Source: Rhodothermaceae bacterium bin80 (GTDB taxonomy: Bacteria; Bacteroidota; Rhodothermia; Rhodothermales; Bin80). Taken from it: a stretch of 64,000 bases of DNA. The position numbers and the translations under genes are program-made. The notes beneath the pieces were generated by a model. That model worked only from the letters and a program-made list of their open reading frames with translations. It did no database searches and had not been told where the DNA came from. Every line of letters starts with the position of its first letter. Position 1 is the first letter of the stretch. Positions 1 to 9,817 of the stretch are shown here, piece by piece. Location: positions 2,536 to 66,535 of the forward strand of contig MPNB01000007.1 of NCBI GenBank assembly GCA_002238805.1, read 5' to 3'.

Positions 1-142
1 CCCACTCTACTGTGTCTGCTACATTTTCATTCTCGACCACCGTGAGGTTTTCGCGTAACCAATGTGTGCTGCACGCTAAAATCAGCAGTGGGAGTGCAGC
101 GATCGCCCCAATCTGCACAAGGAGGCGGCAGGTGCTTTTCAT
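1..142 (-). CDS. putative lipoprotein, N-terminal part only (gene runs off the left edge)
   Basis: An ATG at 142 on the minus strand is absent from the ORF track because the window edge truncates it. It gives MKSTCRLLVQIGAIAALPLLILACSTHW..., with a charged n-region, a hydrophobic core and an L-I-L-A-C lipobox. Confidence 0.45.
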   Translation of the reverse strand, partial: MKSTCRLLVQIGAIAALPLLILACSTHWLRENLTVVENENVADTVEW

Positions 143-1524
143 TTTGTTTGCAGGGATGGAGACGATTAGTCTTGAGTTAGTTAGTGTCTGCCAGAAGGCA
201 CCTGTTTTTGCCGAGTGAGGGCGTCATAGCCATGGTTTGCGTACGTCTGAAGTATCAATTCGAAAGGTAATGGCCTCGTCGCGGCGTATCTGGGTTGGCG
301 TCTCTGCTAAAAGTCGGATTTGAGACGATTTCCACGAAATTATTCGGGGTCTGATCCGCCCAGAGGACACACCCGGGTCAGTTTTGTTATTCAGCACTCC
401 CTGTTCGACCATACCCGTACGGCCAAGGGTGGTTTCACACCGCCTTTCTGCGGGCCTTATGCCAGTGGTCGTATTGATTCTTCTGCTTCTCAACAATCTG
501 ACCCAACCGGTGCATATTCACCGCATGCCCCCCAGTGCGACCGTCCGAACGGCCTCCTCCACGCCATGCGTCGGTATCTGATCCAGTCCGCGGTGATTAA
601 GATTATTGATCGCCGGTTCAATCCCTGGATACTGCCGGCGCGCCGCAACGAACTCCGGCGCAGATTCCGCGCCTAGTCCGCCTTTGACTTACCGCCCTTC
701 TTTGGCAGTACGTCAACTCCAGCAGCCCATCCATCATCTTACAGTTACGCGCCGAGTTGTGGACTCTATCCATGCTGCACGAAATGATGGATGAATAAAG
801 CACCTTAACCTCCCTGGTGAACGGCACAATCATGCCGAGTCCACCCCTTCATGCAACACTTGGTGATGCAAGATGAACTGGTGCTGATCTTCCAGAAAAC
901 AAACCGGCAGCCCCAGTTCTGCAGGCACCTCTGCTTTACCATTGCTAATCCAAGCATATACGACTCATAGACCGAAAATACTTTCTTATGGTGTGGTATC
1001 GTCTCGTTTTTGATCAATCGATGCGCAACATGATCAATTTAACGAAGCGCATGAGTCAGATAGTTGCAACTTTGTCAGTGGCTATGTCAAGCGTCTGCAG
1101 CGCTTTAAGGGGTGCCGCAGTCCGCGCAACAAGCTTGTACACAGTTTCAGGTAGACCTTGACCTTGCGCACATGCGCCACCGACGGGATTGCGCACCTAA
1201 TTGAACGCCTTCCGTACTTCCCTAAACCAGTACTTGCTCTTACCCAGACCTTAACTTTGTGCGCCTTACAAGTGCGATGCAACGTGGGGAGCAGGCAGCG
1301 CATCACGTCCAAGAGCAAGTTCACATCTGTGGCTCAATGCACGTTGGTCTTGGTTATCGCCGAAGCCCCCCGACACCCCAGGGGGCTTCACCTCTACGTT
1401 GGGACGTGCATACCCGCACCCCACGACCACCTTGTTGATCTCCAGGAAAACCTCTTAAATGGACTTGGAACGAATGCCAAAGATCTGGTGTGAAGGTCAA
1501 CCCTATGTCGTAAGGTTAGGTAAA

Positions 1525-2190
1525 TCAGCGCAATTTAAATACGATCGGGAGGGACATCCTCACTGGTACGGCGCGACCGCGCTGGCGTCCGGGAATGAAT
1601 TTTGCATGCTCCATGATGACCCTGATAGCCTCCTGGTCGCATCCGCCACCAATGCCACGAGTGACCTGGGGCTCACGCACGTTACCATCTGTGTCTACGA
1701 TGAACCGCACAAAGACACGGCCCTCAACATTCGCCTTTCTGGCGATCTCTGGATACTTCGCATGGGCTTGGAGTTGACCAATACCGCCGATCAACTCTGG
1801 CTCCTGTTCAACGATTTCGAAAAATTCCGGCTCTTCTTCTACCTCCTCTTCTTCTGGCGGTGGGGGCGGTGGAGGTACGTTGATTGGAGCATCTAAGTCC
1901 AGTGAGGCATCAAGATCCAAGTCATCATCGTCAAGGATTTCATCATTTGGAACCTCTACAGGCACCGGTGGGCGTGGTGGTGGAGGTGGTTTTTGGATTT
2001 GCTCAGTTTGCAGAATTTCTTCCATCTGGACGACTTCCTGCTCGACCTGCTCAATCTCCATAGCATCTCCGCGTTCCAGATTCGCGTTGAATGCCAAGAC
2101 CAGTAGGAGGAGCGAAGCGATCATGCCGACCTGCACGAAAAAACCATACGTCCTTTTCAGATCAGCTTTAGGGGATTTGCGCAATGCCAT
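1525..2190 (-). CDS. tonB: energy transducer TonB family protein
   Basis: It has a membrane anchor (FFVQVGMIASLLLLVLAF) and a Pro/Glu-rich spacer (KPPPPPRPPVPVEVP, PPPPPPPEEEE). The C-terminal TonB fold is recognisable (YPEIARKANVEGRVFVRFIVDTDGNV...GRAVPVRMSLPIVF). Confidence 0.85.
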   Translation of the reverse strand: MALRKSPKADLKRTYGFFVQVGMIASLLLLVLAFNANLERGDAMEIEQVEQEVVQMEEILQTEQIQKPPPPPRPPVPVEVPNDEILDDDDLDLDASLDLDAPINVPPPPPPPEEEEVEEEPEFFEIVEQEPELIGGIGQLQAHAKYPEIARKANVEGRVFVRFIVDTDGNVREPQVTRGIGGGCDQEAIRVIMEHAKFIPGRQRGRAVPVRMSLPIVFKLR

Positions 2191-2284
2191 GATTTGTGGG
2201 GTTTGGGTTATCTATCTGAAATTTAAGGCAAAAACCGAAAACATGTAACGCGCGGTCCTACGCTGGGGAAGGAAACAGGCTCCA

Positions 2285-3892
2285 TCATGTTTCCCTTAGT
2301 AACGCGCTCAGTGCGTTAGGGATTCGGTCAACCATATCTCCAGCAATCATCGTGCCGGGGTGATTTTTTTCAGCGTATTGATCTGCAGTTTTTCCTCCAA
2401 TGTGGGTCGCACAAACTGCGGCGGTTGATGGATTGCAGCCTTGTGCAAGCAAACCGCCGCATAAGCCAGACAATACATCTCCTGTTCCAGCTGTAGCGAG
2501 CGCCGGATTTCCGCTACTGCATACCACAGCCCGTTCGTTTGTGAGGCCGATAATGCTGGGGAATCCTTTGAGTATCAGCGTACAGTTCCAAGTGGATGCC
2601 CACTCGCGTGCCAGGTGAAGTCGGTCACGGCTTAGTTCTTTGCTTTTGGTCATGCGTTTAAATTCACCGGCATGAGGTGTGAGTATCCAGTTTCGGGTTT
2701 CACCTGGAGCGTTTAGAAGCTGAACTGCAGAAGCCAACGCATCTGCGTCCACGACAACAGGAGTGGAGCATTCCCGCAGCAGCGAGCGAACAAACTGCTG
2801 TGTGTTGGGATTACGGCCGAGGCCGGGGCCAATAACCAAGGCGTTCGCTTTGGCAAGCCATGGTTGTAGAGTATGCATTGCAGCCTCGGTGTTGATTCCA
2901 CCGTCAAAGCATTCACTCAAACCGATTGCCGGGATTTCGGTCATTGCCCCTGCCAGAATAGGTTGAATGCTTTTTGGTACAGCACAGGCTACATAACCTG
3001 CTCCAACACGCGCGGCGGCGCGTGCAGACAGCATGGGGGCTCCGGACAATCCTGGCGACCCACCAATCACGAGAACCATTCCGGCACTGTATTTATGTGC
3101 CTGTGGGTCTCGTCTGGGGATAGCGGAAGAGATTGCCTGATCGGTGGAAATCCAGTCCACTGGACACACTGTATCATGGGTCAGTAATGACGGAGGAATA
3201 CCGATGTTGACGACTCTCACACTGCCTGCATACATCCGCCCTTCTCCCAAGAGGAATCCCGGCTTATGCGAATTAAAAGTCACCGTTAAGTCTGCACGTA
3301 CAGCCGTTCCATGTTGTAACCCCAGATCGGCATCCAGTCCAGATGGGGTGTCCAATGCGATCACGGGCGAATTTGTGGCATTCAACTGCTCAACCAGTTC
3401 AGCAGCCATGCCTTTCAGTGGGCGGTTAATCCCTATCCCGAAGAGGGCATCTACATACAGGTCTGCCGTTGGAGGTTCTTCGTGAATAGCAGGATTAAGC
3501 TGTAGCCGATCCGAATGGTCGGAAGATTTCAACTTTTGGAGCAACAGAAAGTGATTTTTTGCCTCAGGACTGGAAGGTGGCTTCAAAGAAATAACAGATA
3601 CATGCGCCCCCCGGTTATACAGTATGCGTGCAACGACATAACCATCCCCCCCGTTGTTGCCGCTGCCGCAGTACACGACCACCTTGCGTCCACGCATCGG
3701 ACCGTAATTATGCTCAATGATCAGTGCTGCGCCCCGTCCTGCATTTTCCATTAATGTAAACGGAGGTATTCCAAACTCTTCAATGGTCAGATTATCAAGT
3801 ACTTTCTGGACCTCTGCGCACACGAGTGGGAGGAATCCTGCACGCAGTGGGTCGGCATCAAGAGTAGACTTTTCACCTTGGTGTAATTCCAT
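2285..3892 (-). CDS. nnr: bifunctional NAD(P)H-hydrate repair enzyme (epimerase / ADP-dependent dehydratase), YjeF-type
   Basis: The 535-aa product has an N-terminal YjeF_N-like part (VVYCGSGNNGGDGYVVAR). The C-terminal carbohydrate-kinase-like part shows GGSPGLSGAPMLSARAA, VVDADAL and ATAGTGDVLSG. Confidence 0.9.
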   Translation of the reverse strand: MELHQGEKSTLDADPLRAGFLPLVCAEVQKVLDNLTIEEFGIPPFTLMENAGRGAALIIEHNYGPMRGRKVVVYCGSGNNGGDGYVVARILYNRGAHVSVISLKPPSSPEAKNHFLLLQKLKSSDHSDRLQLNPAIHEEPPTADLYVDALFGIGINRPLKGMAAELVEQLNATNSPVIALDTPSGLDADLGLQHGTAVRADLTVTFNSHKPGFLLGEGRMYAGSVRVVNIGIPPSLLTHDTVCPVDWISTDQAISSAIPRRDPQAHKYSAGMVLVIGGSPGLSGAPMLSARAAARVGAGYVACAVPKSIQPILAGAMTEIPAIGLSECFDGGINTEAAMHTLQPWLAKANALVIGPGLGRNPNTQQFVRSLLRECSTPVVVDADALASAVQLLNAPGETRNWILTPHAGEFKRMTKSKELSRDRLHLAREWASTWNCTLILKGFPSIIGLTNERAVVCSSGNPALATAGTGDVLSGLCGGLLAQGCNPSTAAVCATHIGGKTADQYAEKNHPGTMIAGDMVDRIPNALSALLRET

Positions 3893-3901
3893 TTGACAGA
3901 T

Positions 3902-5560
3902 TTACTGTTCAGAGAATGATACAGAACTCACAGGCGAGGTGCCGATATGGAGTGTATCTCCTAAGACAGTGTCCCAGCGCGGGCGGATCGTGACGGGTTC
4001 TGGTGTCCAAGTGATGGGTTCAGCGGTCATGTAGGGGTAGATCATGCCACCATCCCAGTTACCATTTCGATTACGATCAATGAAGGCACGCAATCGGTAG
4101 GTGTTTTGGGGAAGATCGCCAAACATGAATGCGCCGGTTGAATCCGAGTAAGTAGTCGAAATCACGAGACCATTTGAATCCGTAAGTGTAACCATGATAC
4201 TGTCTCCAGATGGAGCCGTAATTCCACTCAAGCTTCCGAGTGCTCGGGGTCCCAGCCTTCTAAAGTGTTGCACCCGGGTGCTGTCTGGATCCAACACGGC
4301 GATGCGATAAACCTGTGTTGGATCATCCAGAGATGTTAAGTTATAACTCGTTCCGTTGGAAGATGGACTTTCGAAGCTTACTGGCGTTCCGGTTGAGTCC
4401 TGAACGACCACCAGACTGTCCAGAGTTGCTAGGGCAAGCGGCCGATTAAAGACGATCGTTGGTGTTTCCCAAGGTGCCAATTCATATGGATCTTCTGTAC
4501 TGGTTGGCAGAAACCGCTCGAACTGTAGTTCAATTTGCTGTATGCGTGTACTCCCTGCAAAATAGACTGTATCTAAATACACAGCGTTGTCGCTTGAATC
4601 CTGCACGGAAGCGTCTGGGAGAAATGCATAGGGCCGTCCTTGTAAAGTATCAGTCATCAGATAGATAACGCGCGAATTCGATTCCAGTTGATAGCTGAAG
4701 TGCACGGCAACGGGAGTATTATCAACCGAATCCGTGATTGCCCAGGACTCACCTGTCAGATTAGACAGGATTACATTTTCGCTAAACCGGACTTCGACCA
4801 GTCTGTTTGAAGTGGCTTGAACTCGCTCCACGATAGGTCTTAGAGTGTCCACTTTTGTGTACATCCAGTCCAGATATTGTTCAGTTGTATCAGGAGTGGC
4901 TTTAATCAACGGATTCGGCGGAATGGCAAACCATTCTCCATCATCCGCTTTCAGGTTGCGGTTGGCGTCCCGTAATCCCAAAATGAAAAAATCAGACTCA
5001 CGTACATTTCTGAGTTCAAACTGTCCTTCAGTATCAGTTTGTGTTTGGTATACTGGCACACCATCCACTTCCTCGCCGGGGTCATAAACAAGAATTGGTA
5101 GACCGGCGACGGGATTGCCTTCTATGGGATCAATAACGCGGCCGTACAATCTGCCCTGGTCAATCACGGATCCGGTGGCAAAGGCGTAGGATAGCGGACG
5201 TGTGAGTCGAACTCCATGCCAATCCCTGAACTCATCGTTAAGCGTTATCACGTAAGTGGTAGAGTCCCGCAGTGGTTCGGGAAATTGTATAGTAACCGAT
5301 CGTCTACGCCATCTGAAACGCAAGCGGCCTTGAGGTGCGGGGGTGATAGATAGTGCACGTGCTAGGGAAGCCTGGTTCACATACTCTGAAAAAGTTAATC
5401 TTAACCGGGTTGTTGGAGATACTTCAACCGATTCATGTGCGGGTTCCACGGATACGAGTTGAGGTGGAGTCTCATCGCGCGGTCCTCCTGTCGGAGGACG
5501 AGGATCTGCACAACCACAGACTAGGATCAATCCTGTGAGTACGAAACTACGGGTCGACAC
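3902..5560 (-). CDS. Ig-like (SbsA/Big_5-type) domain lipoprotein with carboxypeptidase-regulatory-like repeats
   Basis: The long ORF 3902-5836 overlaps the upstream gene for about 290 nt. An in-frame GTG at 5560 gives VSTRSFVLTGLILVCGCADP, a lipoprotein signal, and leaves only a 14-nt overlap. The remaining sequence is beta-rich and Ig-like (SVEPAHESVEVSPTTRLRLTFSEYV). Confidence 0.65.
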   Translation of the reverse strand: MSTRSFVLTGLILVCGCADPRPPTGGPRDETPPQLVSVEPAHESVEVSPTTRLRLTFSEYVNQASLARALSITPAPQGRLRFRWRRRSVTIQFPEPLRDSTTYVITLNDEFRDWHGVRLTRPLSYAFATGSVIDQGRLYGRVIDPIEGNPVAGLPILVYDPGEEVDGVPVYQTQTDTEGQFELRNVRESDFFILGLRDANRNLKADDGEWFAIPPNPLIKATPDTTEQYLDWMYTKVDTLRPIVERVQATSNRLVEVRFSENVILSNLTGESWAITDSVDNTPVAVHFSYQLESNSRVIYLMTDTLQGRPYAFLPDASVQDSSDNAVYLDTVYFAGSTRIQQIELQFERFLPTSTEDPYELAPWETPTIVFNRPLALATLDSLVVVQDSTGTPVSFESPSSNGTSYNLTSLDDPTQVYRIAVLDPDSTRVQHFRRLGPRALGSLSGITAPSGDSIMVTLTDSNGLVISTTYSDSTGAFMFGDLPQNTYRLRAFIDRNRNGNWDGGMIYPYMTAEPITWTPEPVTIRPRWDTVLGDTLHIGTSPVSSVSFSEQ

Positions 5561-6149
5561 GGTTGCTTCGCAGGTTGAAAAACAGAAATGCAGCCAAGCC
5601 TGTCGCTGCTGCCAGTATGACTGGTTCCAGGTAGCGACGAACCCAGTTATCTGGGGCGAGCTCCGCTTGAGTTTCGGGGTAAGCAGGCGACTCAAGCTGT
5701 CCGACAATACTCCTTGGAATCTTATCCGAGAAAGCCCGTTGACAGGTGTCATGTACGAGAAATTTTCCGTCCTTCCCCAAGAACGTGTAACGCAGATCCA
5801 GTTCGGCCGAACGAGAAAGCGTTTTGCGGCCTGCACGCGTATAGGTTATGGTCGCTTTGGAAATTTCCCAAGAGAGCGAATAGTAAGAATTCGATGTTCG
5901 AAGAGAGTCAGTAGAAAAGAGTTCAGTACCTTGCTGCTGCCAATGTTGAATCAGTGTGGTTGTCAGATAGGGCAGGTTTGAGGGAGGGACTAAGGTCAGA
6001 GAGTCTGCCGTATGGGGGACATCCCCCAAACAGTTAAGCCCCAAATTCTCGAACACCTGTGCGTTTGTAGCCAACTCTTGTGCTGATGACGTAAGTACAG
6101 GAAACAAGCTCCAGCAACCAGCAAGCAAAAATCCAGCGAAGTTTTTCAT
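5547..6149 (-). CDS. hypothetical secreted protein
   Basis: This 200-aa ORF has an N-terminal signal peptide (MKNFAGFLLAGCWSLFPVLTSSAQE) and a C-terminal hydrophobic helix. I recognise no family. Confidence 0.55.
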   Translation of the reverse strand: MKNFAGFLLAGCWSLFPVLTSSAQELATNAQVFENLGLNCLGDVPHTADSLTLVPPSNLPYLTTTLIQHWQQQGTELFSTDSLRTSNSYYSLSWEISKATITYTRAGRKTLSRSAELDLRYTFLGKDGKFLVHDTCQRAFSDKIPRSIVGQLESPAYPETQAELAPDNWVRRYLEPVILAAATGLAAFLFFNLRSNRVDP

Positions 6150-6152
6150 CGA

Positions 6153-6647
6153 TCAGTGCTTACGCAATTCAGACACTAAATGTCGGGCCTCGGGGAGTAT
6201 TAACTGTTCCATTGCCAACGCAACGGCCTTTGGAGAGCCCGGAACAGCAAAAATGATCAAATTATCGAGTACTCCAGCAATTGCTCGGGAGAGCATGGCC
6301 TTACTGCCGACCTGTTGCCAGGAAAGCAAGCGAAAAAGCTCGCCGAAGCCCGGCAGGGTTCTGTCCAGAAGTGCACTAACTGCTTCGTAAGTTTGATCTC
6401 TGCGACTTATGCCCGTTCCACCACTTAGGCATACCACGTCTGCCGACCCGGATTGTGCACGAATGACTTCCTTTATTACTGCCGGTTCGTCCGGCACGAT
6501 TGATTGTGAGGTTATCTCGTGGCCGTTGGCTGTGATCAAATTTGCCATATGGGGGCCACTTGCGTCTGTGGCTTTCGTTCGCGTGTCGCTGACCGTAATC
6601 AGTGCGAACCGCAATATGGCGGGCGCATTGGATTCGTGACAACTCAT
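6153..6647 (-). CDS. moaB: molybdenum cofactor biosynthesis protein B (MoaB/MogA family)
   Basis: It is colinear with E. coli MoaB: ITVSDTR, GGTGISRRDQTYEA, GFGELFRLLSWQQVGSKAMLSRA and FAVPGSPKA. Confidence 0.85.
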   Translation of the reverse strand: MSCHESNAPAILRFALITVSDTRTKATDASGPHMANLITANGHEITSQSIVPDEPAVIKEVIRAQSGSADVVCLSGGTGISRRDQTYEAVSALLDRTLPGFGELFRLLSWQQVGSKAMLSRAIAGVLDNLIIFAVPGSPKAVALAMEQLILPEARHLVSELRKH

Positions 6648-6886
6648 TAGTCCACAGCAGTATGTTCACCGAACCATCTCGGGGGGTCGTACCCGTGTTT
6701 TGCCCACGGATTGCATCGCATTAAGCGCCAGATACCTAGCACTATACCCTTGAGTATACCGTACCGGCTGATGGCCTGAATAGCATAATTTGAGCATGAA
6801 GGTATGTAGCGGCATGAATTGGGCAGATGTGGAGATATCAGCAACTGATAAGCCCGTATTGGTAATATGAATAACTTTCGCACCAT
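6647..6886 (-). CDS. yidD: membrane protein insertion efficiency factor YidD
   Basis: The 79-aa product carries YidD hallmarks: YQLLISPHLPNSCRYIPSCSNYAIQAISRYGILKG...RLMRCNPW. Confidence 0.9.
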   Translation of the reverse strand: MVRKLFILPIRAYQLLISPHLPNSCRYIPSCSNYAIQAISRYGILKGIVLGIWRLMRCNPWAKHGYDPPRWFGEHTAVD

Positions 6887-6971
6887 GCGCCGGTACTAGC
6901 CGTGATGTAAGGACTACGCAATCCTACATTTCTTTTGCATAAAGGTCCCCACGAACCATGAAGATCCGAAA

Positions 6972-7313
6972 ATGAATGAATTTATAACCGCAAAGATGGC
7001 CGACGTGGTATTCACCAGAGATGGTCTAATACCGGCTATTGTTCAGGACGTGAACACACGTGAAGTGTTGATGATGGCTTATATGAATCGGGCCACACTG
7101 GCGCAAACGATAAAAACAGGCACTATGACATATTGGAGTCGATCACGGAAATGCGTCTGGGTCAAAGGGCTAACGAGCGGTCAGTTCCAAAAGGTGAAAT
7201 CCGTAAGATTAGATTGCGATGGAGATACGCTACTGTTTGAGGTGGAGCAGGAAGGAAGTGGTGCATGTCATACTGGGGCCAGAACATGTTTCCACCGGGA
7301 GCTGGAAGCATGA
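6972..7313 (+). CDS. hisI: phosphoribosyl-AMP cyclohydrolase (monofunctional HisI)
   Basis: HisI motifs are present: [31 protein letters not shown] and [26 protein letters not shown]. No HisE domain is fused. Confidence 0.9.
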   Translation: MNEFITAKMADVVFTRDGLIPAIVQDVNTREVLMMAYMNRATLAQTIKTGTMTYWSRSRKCVWVKGLTSGQFQKVKSVRLDCDGDTLLFEVEQEGSGACHTGARTCFHRELEA

Positions 7314-7498
7314 AATCCAACCGATTGTTGGATACGCTTGGAGGTATATCAAAAGGCAGCACTGTGTGTTAGCATTGGTTGCATTATATATCTTGCGTCT
7401 ATAGAACGCTGCAGTTTTGGTTAGGGAGTGTCCAAATCTCATTACGACAGACAAATTTTTGATGTTATTTTCTTAATGTTGCCAACAGGATTCGTCCG

Positions 7499-8245
7499 AT
7501 GAATATGTGGAGACATGTCGTTTGCCTTGTACCTACTGTCATAATTATTGGCTGCTTGACTACTGATCAACCGCTCGAACCAGACTGGATAGTTGATCAG
7601 GCGGACGTGCTGGAGGCGGAAGATAAGTATGCACTGATGGACATGCTTTCAGGTTTTTACGACAGCACGTCGGTTGCACTCGTGGGAGTAACTGTGGAAT
7701 CCTTACAGCAGCAGTCCATAGAGGCGTACACAGAAGCATTGTATACCTCATGGGAACTGGGTGCACCCGAAACCAATAACGGCATTATGGTTCTTCTTGC
7801 CCCAGTGGAGCGATTAGTTCACATTACAGTAGGTAATGGTGTGGCTTGGGAGCTGTCAGCCCAGGTGCTGGATTCGATCAAGGTAGAGATGGCGAATTTG
7901 TTTGGTGCAGGAGAGTACCGGGCGGGCTTTGAGACTGGGTTTAGGTTGCTGATGGCCCAGGCCGGTGCGCTGACTTGGAATGTTGATTATACGAGCATTT
8001 CCGAAGTGCAGGCGGACTCGTTGCGCAGTGTGGGGCGTATTTTGATGACGGACTGTGTTATTACGGGCTTTGAAGAAGACTTGGTGGTGGCTACGGACGA
8101 CGAGGGCAATGAAATTCGGTTAATTGTGCCTATGGATGTGCCGATGCTGTCAGTGGAAGATGTAATAGGTTTTAGTGGGCGTGTTACCCAGACCACACCA
8201 TTGCACGTACAAGTATTGGATCTAAGTATAGATTTCTCCTTTTGA
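7499..8245 (+). CDS. TPM (YgcG-like) domain protein with extra C-terminal domain
   Basis: A signal/anchor is followed by a TPM-type pattern (VDQADVLEAEDKYALMDML...VGVTVESL...NNGIMVLLAPVERLVHITVGNGV). The function is unknown. Confidence 0.65.
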   Translation: MNMWRHVVCLVPTVIIIGCLTTDQPLEPDWIVDQADVLEAEDKYALMDMLSGFYDSTSVALVGVTVESLQQQSIEAYTEALYTSWELGAPETNNGIMVLLAPVERLVHITVGNGVAWELSAQVLDSIKVEMANLFGAGEYRAGFETGFRLLMAQAGALTWNVDYTSISEVQADSLRSVGRILMTDCVITGFEEDLVVATDDEGNEIRLIVPMDVPMLSVEDVIGFSGRVTQTTPLHVQVLDLSIDFSF

Positions 8246-8428
8246 TAGTTCGAAAGCAAGACAGGAGAGATACGACGGTTCAATTGATACTCCGTGTGGA
8301 TGATTGTTTTTTCGGTTCACCAAAGACATGAGGCTTGATAAAACACATGCCCGTTTTTCGTCAGATCTTGAACCTTTATCCGCAACCCTCGTAGTAGTGC
8401 CGGTCTGACAACCATAAAAGCAAAAAGA

Positions 8429-8656
8429 ATGGCCACAGTAGAACAACGCTTTAAATCTCTCCTTGAGCAGCACCTTGGCATAAGTGATCCAGGGGCAATG
8501 AATTCCACGCCCTCGGCCTTGGGGGTCAATTCCGTTGATGCCGTTGCTTTCCTGAAAGAAGTTTGTAGGGAGTTTAATGTTGACATTAAGCCTGAGGATG
8601 CTGCAAAATTTGAAAGCATGCAGGCGGCTGTCGACTATGTTGAAGCCACTGGTTAG
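8429..8656 (+). CDS. free-standing acyl/peptidyl carrier protein-like protein
   Basis: The product is 75 aa and acidic, with a four-helix-like layout. It has a phosphopantetheine-site-like motif LGVNSVDAVAFL, where the Ser sits in the position of the canonical DSL Ser. Confidence 0.6.
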   Translation: MATVEQRFKSLLEQHLGISDPGAMNSTPSALGVNSVDAVAFLKEVCREFNVDIKPEDAAKFESMQAAVDYVEATG

Positions 8657-9009
8657 TACTTGTTGGTGACGGGGTCTTATTTCTCGTAGATTCCTCCTTG
8701 GTGATTCTCCTAAGGAGGCGGGGGTCTCCTGTAGTATCGTTGCTTGGTAATAGTCAGCGAGGTCATATACCCCCTGTATCAGGGGGTATCGGGTCGAAGC
8801 GTATGCTGCTGGTTATGATGTGCGAGGAGTTTGGAGGAGTGCGGGAAGGTGCCGCTCGTTTGTGATCCTGAATCACTTTGTCGAAGAATGGCGAAACCAC
8901 TAACAGGAGCCAATGGCAATCGAGGGCAGGGATTGGGTCGTGTCTCGCCACAACTCTGCTCAGGAGGTACATCTGCATGACGGTTCCTAAGTCATTCAGA
9001 AATGCCCCG

Positions 9010-9402
9010 CCGGTATTTCAACGTGCCCAGGAGAATTTTCGGCGAGTCACCGATGATCGCTACACGCTCATTATTCCACAAGATAACAGCTTCCGAGCGC
9101 GGAATAATCTGCGAGAGCGCGATTTTGATTTAACTGAATGATCCAGTGCTACGAAAGTCCAACTCCTTTTGTCTGTACGGCTTGCCTTCGTTGAGACTCG
9201 AGAAACCAACTACCGCCTGCCAATCACTCTGGATGAAACGCTTACCAACAGCGATGACAAGCGTGCACGGGCAGCCATCAAAACGATGACAACCTTAGCT
9301 GCTGACCGTCAGGTATTTTATTTTACGGCTCAGCAGGATGAAGTAGGTAAGTGGAGAGAGTTCGTTCCCGAAGATCTCCTGAAAGTATATTCCATTGGGT
9401 AG
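9010..9402 (+). pseudogene. C-terminal remnant of an SMC/YhaN-like AAA ATPase, with an in-frame TGA
   Basis: ORFs 8878-9141 and 9169-9402 share one frame and are separated by a TGA at 9139-9141. The read-through sequence shows an ABC-type signature (SSATKVQLLLSVRLAFVE) and Walker B/D-loop (LPITLDETLTNSDDKR). The roughly 600-aa N-terminal part is missing. Confidence 0.55.
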
Positions 9403-9817
9403 GAAGTTGTAGCCAGAGATCTTAAAGCGGATGCTGATACAAGGGGTGGCCTTCAGTCAGGAATTATTAAGGCGAACATATTGCGGAGTGGCACGCCCAG
9501 AGGTTTTCAGAGGGCTCTACCGCAATTAGTGGGAAAGAAGCGGGCGTGAAGGAGATCACGAAGTGGCGGAGATGTTTCAACGCCATCTCGCTGGCGTGTG
9601 TAATGCACTTCTTCATGAACAATCCAGTGCCAGAGCCGAGCGAATCCATAGAAAGATCCATGAGGTCAGAACAGTAGGCAGAGGATACAGAAAATTCGTA
9701 AACTCTGGATTCGCAATTCTTTTTTCTGCTGAGACCTATATCCACAATATTCGCGGTAGAACCATGTTTTGTAACCACTACGAGGTTCTTGAGAAACTGA
9801 TCATTCACACTGAAAAC

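Noticed and set aside
606-640. A tRNA-like T-loop (gccggttcaatccctgg).
   Set aside because: No complementary acceptor stem or D/anticodon arms could be drawn around it.
1362-1389. A perfect 9-bp GC hairpin (gaagccccc / gggggcttc) as the tonB terminator. A similar hairpin lies at 8767-8789 after the ACP gene.
   Set aside because: Neither is followed by a U-tract on either strand, and both lie more than 100 nt from the nearest stop codon. They cannot be called terminators from sequence alone.
1459-1896. A 145-aa plus-strand ORF overlapping tonB.
   Set aside because: It is antisense to a well-supported TonB gene, and I recognise no motifs in it.
9139-9141. The in-frame TGA as a selenocysteine or read-through codon.
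   Set aside because: The gene is only a C-terminal fragment lacking its ATPase N-terminus, so decay is the simpler explanation. No SECIS-like context was evident.
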